From positions 2,024,525 through 2,088,524 of the forward strand of contig NC_133621.1 of assembly GCF_048593235.1 (NCBI RefSeq): a stretch of DNA of 64,000 bases, written 5' to 3'. The position numbers and the translations under genes were made by a program. The notes below the pieces were generated by a model that was not told where the DNA came from, made no database searches, and saw only the letters and a list, made by a program, of their open reading frames with translations. Origin of the DNA: Sminthopsis crassicaudata. Taxonomy: Eukaryota. Numbering within the stretch: the first letter of the stretch is position 1; each line of letters begins with the position of its first letter. Below are positions 52,496 to 62,504 of the stretch, one piece after another.

Positions 52496-53334
52496 CTCTT
52501 AGAATGAAGGAACTGAATGATTCAATAAATACTGATCTTTTTCAGAGCCTTGAAGTCTTCATCAATGAGACTGACAAGCAAGCTAATACTTCATGGCCAC
52601 ATGCGGACTCCATCCAGCTGCCCCATTAAACATCTATAAGTTTCTAGCTCTGTTCATTTAGGCAGAATTGCTGGAGAGGATAATACTTTAATGTCATTGA
52701 GCCAATGAGTGGTCCTTCTTGTTAGTCAGTCCAGAATGGCACATGATTGAAATTGCACATTTCTTGCATCTAGCTTGTGTGAAAGCACACTCACTCATTC
52801 ATAAGGTTCCTTTGAGAACAGCCATTTCCAAAATTTCTCCCTCTGCTTGATGGCCATCATCTCTGTGACTGTGCCTCCTGCCTACCCCAGGTAAGAGTTG
52901 TTCTCCTGTTGCCTCCAGGCAGTAAAGACTGTGGAGAGTTCCTTAATGGACTTGTCCATTTGGACACAACTTAATTAACTTTGAATGCGACATAGCCATT
53001 AGTCTCTGGTGCCTTCCTCCAGGACAAAGTATTGGCAGTAACAAAACATCATTCTCCTAACTTAAGAAAATTTTCTCTCCTCCAGTAATACAAGGGACAT
53101 GAGTCTGCTTACTCATGTTCATGAGAATGCATGCCTTCTACCCCAACAGGAAGTTCAGAGGTCAATACTAGGCTTTGGTCTATTTGACAGCAGAACCTTT
53201 CTTCCCCTTACATAGGTATCACTTTGTTCTGCTTAAACCCATTGTTTCAATTTGTCCCCATAGAGCAAGCATACAAGTGTGGAGGCACAGACGATTTATG
53301 GTAATGTTACAAATATGAGATCTGACTGTAAAGA

Positions 53335-53900
53335 AAGGCAGTGTGGTATAGTGGATAGCATGCCCAACTTAAATCCTAATTGTAATGGGCCAGAATTCTG
53401 GAGAAATTCTTACAAAAAGGTGTTAGCTCAGTGGAATTGATAAGACAGTGGTTATCTAATTTAGCATGGTGACTAATAGTTCTCTAGTTCATTACATATA
53501 ATATAGTTCTACAAGATTGGCCTAGTCTACAAGATTCACACCTATAATGATGTAATTATAATAGAGTATATAAGAGCCAACAAGGACTGGAGGAGAGATA
53601 TTCACTTCATCTTATAACATTGTGGTGGCTGGCCTGTCCTCCTGCTTCCCCCACAGAGACCAAGGCCTATCTGAAGGGCCTCCAGAAAGCCAGCTGAGGC
53701 CCAGGCAAGGAGACAGACTGTGAAGGAGACAATAAAAACTTTTGGACTTTAACATCTGGCTGTTCTCCTGGTGATTACTCAGTTAAAACAAGGCTGGTCC
53801 CAAGACCTCCAAAAAGCTAACCAGAACATTACTAATGACCTAGATTCAGATTTATTTCTGATACATAGCAGTGAAAGGGCATCAACAAATCACTTAACTT
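53335..53900 (+). mobile_element. MIR split by an LTR insertion
   Basis: ggcagtgtggtatagtggatagcatg [LTR] gacctagattcag...acaaatcacttaac. Confidence 0.65.
53381..53832 (+). mobile_element. Solo LTR of the same family as 38876-39358
   Basis: TGTAATGGGC...GAACATTAC; shares cccaggcaaggagacagactgtgaagga and cttttggacttta; degenerate TSD ctaat; TATA gtatataag and AATAAA present. Confidence 0.9.
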
Positions 53901-54399
53901 TTTAGAATTTGTTTCCATTTTTGGGGGAGGGATCAAAACATGTAAATAATACATGGAATCTCTCTTTTCATTTTTCTAAGTAAAGGATTTCCTAAAACCT
54001 AATGGCTATATACACCTACATGTCACTTATAAGCATGATCTAATCAAGCCAATTATTCAGTCTTTGTCATTTATAGTCTTTCTATATCTTTCTACAACTT
54101 TACTGTGAGATCACTAAGTTTGAATGACACCACTGCAAAACATCTTGTTTCTGGTGTTATCCCAGCTGAGTCACCCAAAGTTTTGGGTAGAAAACACCTA
54201 AGCCTGACATATGATGCCGAATCATCAGAGAAGATAAAAAAAGAAATAATGAAAAGGTCATGTGGTGGAGATGGAAGGAGGCTCATTTTTTTTAAGGAGG
54301 TAGCTGAGTATTAGAACAAACACAGGAGAGAGAAAATAAACCAGAGGGAATATGATCATTCTATTCCTTGCTCTTACAGTACAGTGATGAAAAGATGAA

Positions 54400-54600
54400 A
54401 AGGAGGGAGACTTTTCAGCCTGATCCAAGGAGACAATAGTTGGTAAAATGGGGATGTTCCAGATAGGGCATATTGTGGCTCAATGTAAAAAGAATCAGAA
54501 CTCCCTTTAGTAGAATGGCCAGAGATAGTGAGGGATTTTTTCCTCATTAGAGCTTGCAGGTAAGAACTGGGTATCCTCTTACTAAATTCATTTGAGGTTT
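54400..54600 (+). mobile_element. CR1/L3 or MIR3-type 3' fragment
   Basis: gttccagatagggcatattgtggctcaatgtaaaaagaa...tttcctcattagagcttgcagg. Confidence 0.45.
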
Positions 54601-56118
54601 TTTTTTTTTTAATTCAGAGCTCAGAGGCTTGATGATTTCCGAAATGCTTGCTAGTTCTTAGAGTCTGGGACTGATTTATTGAAACAGAGAACAAAGGGTT
54701 GAACCTCATTCATCCTTAGGATTTCATATTTAATGGACAATTATAAAGAAATAGTTAAAAAGTGAACAGCATCTGGAATGAGGACCAGGGGGTAGTACTT
54801 AAGATCTGGATTTGAACGTCGAATTTCATGGGAAAGTATTGCAGGCAATAGAGCTAGCTTAGCAATTCCAATTCTATGGAAGAGAAAAAATGGGAAGTAG
54901 AAAATGGATAATGTTTGGATCCATTCTGGTGCACAACAACTCATGCTCCCTTGGACTGAGAATGGCTTTTCTCTGACCCGTGGGCATTAGTGGAAGACAG
55001 GAAAAATGGGAATGTCGGTCTATTTCAGAGAAGCTGCTGTTTTCAATCCAATGTCTTCCCAAGAGGATGGTCAGCAGCAGGGGTTGGACTCAGCTGGACA
55101 AAGGGGTGAAGAAAGAAAGCCTTGCTTTTCACGTTAAGGAGTAAGAGAAATGCTTAGCTAGTAGCTGCAGGCCAGTCTGCAGGGGGGGCTTCCTTATATC
55201 AGCCTCAATGAGGCTATTTTTCAAGAGTGTGAACAAAAACGGTTTGCTTCGTGTTCAAGTGCTGGCCAAGCCAAGTGTCGCTGGAATAATGTCTTATTAA
55301 TAGGGCTAACACTGTAATGCGTTTTTGATGTTCCTGAAGAGGCATCATCATACATCATGTTTGCCCTGGGGAAATGACTGGATGGCAGACCTACAGAGCA
55401 CATGAATATACAGAGTCTGCTTTTCTAGGAAAGAGGGAAAAATAGAGTTAGCACTTGGAGAAGCTACACAGTAGCCAAGGTCTAAACAAGGTCTGTAGGC
55501 ATTTCAAGGAATTTTGTTTCAGGCATTGATAAAACTAGTAGAAATTTGAGCCAGAATCGATGCAGGACTATGAGGGCAAGTTTACATCATTCATGGAAAG
55601 GAGCATTTCTGAGAATCATAGAAATTTAGATTAAAAAGGACATTGGCGATCGTTTACTATAACCTTGATCTCTCGTAATGGGATCTATATTATAATATCC
55701 TTGACAAATGGAGGACTCGGTAGGCTTCTCCTTTTTACTCCCCTCATAGTGATTCCCAAGGAATAGCAATTTGCTTAGATCAAATGAGATACATATATCA
55801 CGTGATTTTCCAACCTTAAAAGAGTAACATGGAATTCTAGCTGTTCAGGTCCATTTGTCCATATGATCATGGATAGTCTTTCTGGGCTGTCGTCCCAATT
55901 TATTCAGAATGGTAATTTTCTGTGCAAGTGGGATGGAGGTTCAAGTATTCTAGGATCCCACTTTCCTGATACTATAGCTCATGAGATCCCATCAATATGT
56001 TACCCTTTCATTAATCAACCAGAAAACAGAAATAACTTACAAATTCAGAATTTTATAGAAATGCAGTAATACAATGCATCCTTTCTGCCGTTTGACCTCA
56101 TGTTGCATTCTCACATAG

Positions 56119-56171
56119 ATACACCAAAGTCAGCCTGAAGAACATGGATTGTAATTACACAGGGCACCTGG
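56119..56171 (+). other. Candidate 53-nt exon (single open frame YTKVSLKNMDCNYTGHL)
   Basis: Branch-like tttgac, ttgcattctcacatAG acceptor, TGG|GTAAGA donor; no homology recognised. Confidence 0.25.
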
Positions 56172-57279
56172 GTAAGAAATAATACCAAGAAGGACAATTC
56201 ATACTTCTTCCACTGCTGCTGATGTTGTCATTACTTCCATTGACCTTGGCCTCTCATTCTCTTTTATGTGATCACTGTTGAAAATCATGGTAGCCATTAA
56301 AAGAAGAGAGATATTTGCTAGGAACACCAGCTATTGTCTGAGACTTGGCTCAGAAGCCTCCCATCTCCTGAGCCACAAATTCTGAGTCACAGGTGCTAAG
56401 CTCTTTAGACCAAAGAACAAAGTCACCCTAAAGATCTATTTACTTTTAGGCTTTCACCCATCCTGCTATGAGGTCTAACTCCCTTGATCAGAGCGCTTGC
56501 CCTAGCTTATGTGAACTAATACTTTCATAAATTTGTATAACATCTTAGTAGGCTGAAGTGAAGGCAATGTCCATCACCTCCATAAACTCAAATCAATTCT
56601 GATGTTCTTTTCCCTTTCACCTTTACTTCTATTTCGTTCAATTGCATATGAGCAATTTATATGAATTTATATGAAAATGAATGAGTTAGAAAAGAATACA
56701 GAAGCTCCTTTCCAAGCATCAAGATCATTTTCCCTTTCATTATTCTTAGAATTCCTGGCCCATTTTTACCAAATGCTGCCGTTCAGAGTTTTTAAAAGCT
56801 TTGTTTCCCCACCTTTTCATCTGTCATTTTGTAAAGATGATTCTTGTTCATGGAGGGTAGGGACTAAATGTCTCTGAGGTTATTTTCACTTCTGAATCAC
56901 AGTATTCTTTAAAGTGGCCATCCAACTCCTATTTTATGAATTCACTGGATCTCAAGGCAGATCATTACACTTCTGAAGAGCCCTAATTGTTAGGGAAATG
57001 TTCCACTTTCTCTTCTTTAAAATCTCAAAATTCCTTATTAAAAATCATTCACTGTTTCCCAATAATGACCTAGTAAGTGAAAAAAACATGAATCATTCTT
57101 CAGTTTGACTCATCCTCAAGTACTTAAAAAAGAGTGATTTGTTATCCCAAATCCTTTCTTCTTAGACTAAGCAGCCCCATATCCAGTAGGTGATATATGT
57201 ATGGAATTGTTTCATCTCCTGTCAACGTTTTGCCAATATCTTCAAAATATGTCCCCAAGAATAGAATGGGATTCTCTAG

Positions 57280-57545
57280 ACATAATTACATTTGGTCAGA
57301 TTATATTCAGCAGGACCACCAAGGAACTTTTTACCACCACTATGTATCTATTCATAAAGCTGAAGATTACATTCACTTTGATGGCTGCTATGGCACATGA
57401 CTCCTGACTTACAACAAGCCTGAAACTCAATATAATTGGCTAGATCCCATCCCAAAACGAATGTTGTCAAACCATACTCTTATCTCTGTAAAGTGGAACG
57501 TTTAAATCTAACTAGAGACCTTTACATTTTCCACCCTGCTATAGT
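57280..57545. repeat. Locally duplicated unit, copy 1 (CR1/L3-like)
   Basis: Aligns with 59437-59677; contains gttgtcaaaccatactc...gacctttacatttt, similar to reverse-strand L3. Confidence 0.7.
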
Positions 57546-57569
57546 ATATCTTAGAGTCAGTACATCAAA

Positions 57570-59320
57570 ATAGCTCACTGAGAAATTTCCAATAACTTTC
57601 TTTTCACTGATACTTTCTTCATTTCTATATTTGTATGACACCACACTCTGCTAGTTCTCCTTCTACGTCTCGGAGAATTCCTTCTCATTCTTCTTTATTG
57701 CATGCTCATCCAGGTTACACTTGTGAACTAGGGTGTCCTTCTAATCTCTATGTTAGGCTTCTCTTCTCCCTGTACTACCTCGTCAGTTCCCATATATTCA
57801 ATTATTATTTCTATGCTTATAATTTTCAAATATACCTATCCTGCCCTCATCTCTTTGATGACCTTTAGGCTTGCATCTCCAAGTGTCTATTGGACACCTG
57901 GAACTGAATGTCTTGTAGATAATTTAAATTCATCATGTCCAAAATGTAACTTAATATCTTTTCCCTCAAATTTTCCCCAGTTCTTAATTACCTTATTTTT
58001 AATTTTTTAAATTTTATTAAAGCTTTTTATTTATAATATGTATGCATAGGTCATTTTTCAACAGTAACTCTTGCAAAACCTTTTGTTCAAAAATTTCCCC
58101 CTCCTTCCTACCTCCTTCCCTGGATGGCAGGTTGTCCATTACATATAAAATACGTTAAAATATATGTTAAATTCAATATATGTATACATATTTTATAGTC
58201 ATTTTGCTGCACAAGAAAAATCAGATCAAGAAAGAAAAAAAACTGAGAAAGAAAGCAAAATGCAACTAAACAACAACAGAAAGAGTGAGAATGCTATGCT
58301 GTGGTCCACACTCAGTTCCCACAGTCTTCTCTCTGGATGTAGATGGCTCTCTTAATCACTGAATAATTAGAACTGGTTTGAATCATCTCATTGTTGAAGA
58401 GAGACAAGTCCAACAGAATTGATCATCAGATAGTCTTGTTTTTGTCATGTATAATGATCTTCTGGTTCTGCCCATTTCATTTAGCATCAATTCCTCTTAG
58501 TCTCCTAGGCTTCTCTGAAATCATCTTGGAGATCATTTCTTATAGAATAATATTATCCTATAAAATCCATATCCCATAATTTGTTCAGCCATTCCCCAGC
58601 TGGAACTCAGGTTCCAGTTTGTAGCCACTACAAAAAGGCCTGCCACAAATATGTTTGCACATGTGGGTCCCTTTCCCTCCTTTAAGATCTCTTTGGGGTA
58701 TAAGTGCAATAGAAACACTGCTGGGTCAAAGGATATGCACAATTTGATAACTTTTTGAGCATAGTTCCAAATTGCTTTCCAGAATAGTTGGATACATTTA
58801 TAGTTCCACCAACAATGTATCAGTGTCCCAGTTTTCTAACAACCCTTCCAACATTTCTCCTTATCTTTTATTGAGAGATGGTAGTCTAACTACCTTATTA
58901 TTATGAATGACACCAGCATCCTCCTTAACCCTCAAATGTGTTACTCATTCTTTTTATATAATCTTTTTGAAAGTTTTCTCTCAATTTTATCTTCATAACA
59001 ATTCTCACATATATCACCTTCTTTCCACTGATTTTTGTTTGCACCCTAGCTCTGGCCTTCATCATCTCATGCTTGGACTATTACAATAAGTTGCTGTTTG
59101 GTCTGCCTACCTCAATTTATCCTTCATGCTGATGTCAAAGTGCTCTTCCTAAGGCATACCTACTTGATGAATTCGAGTGACTTCATATTATTTACATGGT
59201 TTAATATGAAATCTTCTGTTTTGTTACAGAACATTTTGTAAATTTCCCATAAACACATTTCCAGTTTCTTATACCAATTTCACATACTGTGAAATACAGT
59301 GCCATTTGCCTCTTTGTCAT
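57570..59320 (+). mobile_element. L2 interrupted by an L1
   Basis: L2 text at 57570-57990 resumes at about 58900 (ccacctttcttccactg...ctcatgcttggactattacaataag). Confidence 0.7.
57998..58884 (-). mobile_element. 5'-truncated L1 with probable TSD
   Basis: ORF 58533-58742 (FDPAVFLLHLYPKEILKEGKGPTCA); taccttatt at 57989 and 58891. Confidence 0.9.
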
Positions 59321-59436
59321 TCCCCAAACATGGCGGGGGAAGAAAACATGGGCTCAAGTGCCATGTTTTCTGAAGTCCTTGTTGATTACTCTAGAAATTT
59401 ACTTGTAATTACTAGTATTTACTGTAGTTACTAGTA

Positions 59437-59680
59437 ATTGGTCAGATTATATGCATTGGGACCATCACTGCCCTTTTTACACTACCATGTATCTGTTCAT
59501 GAAGTTGAAAATTACATTCACTTTGTTGATTGCTATGTCATATGACTCCTGACTTCAACTAGCCTGAAACCCAATATAACCTTCTAGATGCCCCGAAAAT
59601 TAAGGTTGTCAAACCATACTCAAGTGGAACTTTTGAATTTAACTAGAGATCTTTACATGTTCACGCCTATTGCAGTAACT
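59437..59680. repeat. Locally duplicated unit, copy 2
   Basis: Aligns with 57291-57545. Confidence 0.7.
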
Positions 59681-59979
59681 CTAGTAAATAATTACTACTG
59701 AGATTTGGACTTTTTGGTGTTACTAAGTATTATTTTACATACACTTTTAAAAAATGTACTTATCTACTTACCAGCCATATCAGATTGTAATCTGAACTCC
59801 TTGAAGGCAGTCTATCTCTTTGGAATTTTATCTTATTGATTTCAGTCTGATGCTCCAACTTGTCAAGATCTATTTGTCTGTCAGGGCATATGATAACTAT
59901 TCATTACCTGTCAGAATATATGATAACTATTCATTCTAGTTTTGTAACACAGGAAAATTTGAGGAGCAAGCCAACTAAG

Positions 59980-60495
59980 CTTACAATAAGAAGAAGCATT
60001 TAAATGCTAAAGCACTGAGTTAAGTGCAGAGGAGTGCAGCCTGTCCTCAATCAGTTCACAATTATAGCTCACTACATGCAGACATCTATATTCAACCAAA
60101 ATATCTATAGAATAAGTTGAAGATAATTGATGAATGGGATTATATGACCTAAACTTGACAAAGGGAGTTGAGAATCAACTCTAAAGGACTTTTAAGTGAC
60201 AGCCTGATAAGGTATGATTTCTTAGTTTGGTTTGGTCCTAGAGACAATAAGGTGCCCTTGAATGTTTTTTGAGCAGGAAATAACATGATCAAATGGCTCC
60301 TGAGGAATATAATTTTGATGACTTTGTGGAAAAAGAATTGGAAGCAGGGTAACAAGGGAGTAGACAGAGGCTTGACTCCAATAACAGTTGATGAGGCCTA
60401 AAATAAGGATGTGTGTACAACTGAAAAAGAGTAAAAAGAGACACAGAAAGTATTGCAGATGGAGAAAACTTGGAGAGTGGATGCAGTTCAAAGAG
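59980..60495 (-). mobile_element. L2
   Basis: aagaagcatttaaatgctaaagcactgag...gagcaggaaataacatgatcaaatggc. Confidence 0.6.
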
Positions 60496-60716
60496 CAAAA
60501 GAGGAAAGCAAAATAAAGGAAAAAGGAAAGGAAAAGGAAAGGAAAGGAAAATAAGGAGAGAAGAAAGAAGTGAAGAAAAGGGAAGAGAGGAAAGGGGAGG
60601 GAAGGGGAAGAAAAAGGAAGGAAAGGATAGGGAGAAAAGGTAAAGAAAGGAAAAAGGAGAAGAGCAGAGTGTAAAGAAATGAGAGGAAGGGAAAGGAAGG
60701 GAGAGGAGAGGAGGGA
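60495..60716. repeat. About 220-bp polypurine (GGAAA/GGAA-like) tract
   Basis: Seen directly. Confidence 0.9.
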
Positions 60717-60875
60717 TCTCTTACAAAATTATAGAAAAATAGGGAAGACCAAAGAGGATGTCAGAGGATACTTAATTGATGGCATTACGCAGTACATTAA
60801 ATGTCAATAAGCAGTTTTTGCTCTCAAGCTCTTCTAATACATGCAGTGCCTATTAGCATGAACAGGAATGTAAAG

Positions 60876-61534
60876 ACGGCTAAGCCTCAGAAACATTTCA
60901 CCAACCACCAACCCCAAAAATGGCACAGAATTGGTGTCAATGGAGATATGAGTCTCTGAAAAGGGTTGACTTCAAATTTCTCAGAAATATAGGCTTTGCC
61001 AAGAAATATAAAAAGGGACTGAAGAAGATGCAGGCCTATAATTCCAAAGTCAATAAGGTCTGAGTAGAGATCCTCCAGACATCTAAGGCCAGTCTTCTCA
61101 GGCCTAAGATCGTCAAGGTCAATGTCACTGGTCTCAAGATTACCACCAAGCACTCTGGCCCCACAGTTGGTACTAAGTGCCCAGGTCCCAGGATCATGAA
61201 GTGCTACCCTAAGATTACCAGAGTCATTGATTCCAATGTTGTCAAGTGCACTGACTTCCTCAAGGTCAACAGGTCGGAAAGCAAAGTAACCAAATCTAGT
61301 TCCAAGAATTCCAAGTCCGATCCCAAGGCAGCCAAGTCTAATTCTAAGGTTACAAAGCACAGTGATTGCAAAGCTGATTAGCATATTGTCTCCAAGTCTG
61401 CTAGAGTTCACTGTCCATAAGGCAGCCAAAACCATAGATGCTTTGGTTAAAGCCTCCAGATCCCAAGACTTCACAATAGGAGTTTGTGGACAGAAAACAA
61501 AGCAAAGCAAAACAAAACAAAACAAAACAAAAAA
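60876..61534 (+). pseudogene. RPL29: Processed pseudogene of 60S ribosomal protein L29 (eL29)
   Basis: Reads (T)[19 protein letters not shown], frameshift, then [35 protein letters not shown]; RPL29 is [20 protein letters not shown]...[36 protein letters not shown]. Intronless, ATG lost, TGA at 61061, (CAAAA)n tail at 61494-61534. Confidence 0.93.
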
Positions 61535-62019
61535 CTTTTAAAAATCCTATCCCATCATTTCCCCACCTCAGCCAAGAAGTGATTATTCACTAGTTTCTAC
61601 AAATAATGGAAATTGTGAGTAAGAAGAAGAAAAGTCAATAAGCAATCAGATTTATAGCTAACAAAATCAGAAAGTTATATGTGCCTCTTCCACCTTGCCA
61701 GGCCATTTTTTTCCAAATATTTGAATTTTTGGAATTGGAAAAACAGGTTTGGAAATCTTGCCAAAATCCTACTATACTTTTTCAGTGTTTAACTGCATTA
61801 GGCCTGCTCAGAGCACAGGAGTGCAGAGGCAAGCAAAATTTTTTAATTAAAAAAGTTGACTGAACATTCTGAAACCTTCAGAAAGGTTCATGTCAGCATC
61901 TGCTTGCTAAATGTGTGAGCTTTTTCTTTTTTCCTTTTTTGGATGACAGTTTTCTTCCCACCCATCATCAAACATCTATTGTTTCAAGCACTTGACTACT
62001 AACCTGGAAATTAAGGTGT

Positions 62020-62150
62020 TTGGGTGTAGGGTGTGTTTGCATGTGTCTGTGTGTGTGTGTCTGTGTGTGTGTCTGTGTGTGTGTGTCTGTGTGTGTATTT
62101 TTATATGTATGTGTTTGTATGTGTATGTATCTCTGTATACATGTATGTAT
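62020..62150. repeat. Compound (TG)n/(TGTC)/(TGTA) microsatellite
   Basis: Seen directly. Confidence 0.9.
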
Positions 62151-62504
62151 CTGGGTTCTTACCATGGATAGTATTTTTTGCATCAAAATTTGAAGCCCAG
62201 GTTACATTTCTGGAGGCACAGATGTGGAAAGCCAACAACATACTTCTTCTGAGCTTGATATTTTCCCACATGCTGCATGGTAAATAGTGCAGGTGCTTTC
62301 AAATGGCAAGGAATCATTCCTACCCTAGCTGCCTCTTAACGCAAAAATATTTAGGTGATTCAAATAAATTTAGAATTATGTGAATTTGAAGTTGTTCGAT
62401 GTCCTGCTGTCCTGCTGTGGATATCCTTGAGTCTTTCAATAATTTACCTCCAGTTCAGCACTCACAAATCCTAGATGTGGTTGCAAGTTAAAATTAAGTG
62501 TCTA

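Noticed and set aside
38876-53832. Two same-family, same-orientation LTRs as ends of one provirus
   Set aside because: Each has its own different TSD, the internal LTR sequence differs, and the 14 kb between contains L1/L2/BovB and no gag/pol.
60887-61525. Longest ORF in the window (212 aa, minus strand, Leu/Gly-rich)
   Set aside because: It is the codon-aligned mirror frame of the RPL29 pseudogene. Antisense stops need sense TTA/CTA/TCA codons, which are scarce here. It has no ATG at the listed start, and the N-terminus comes from the (CAAAA)n tail.
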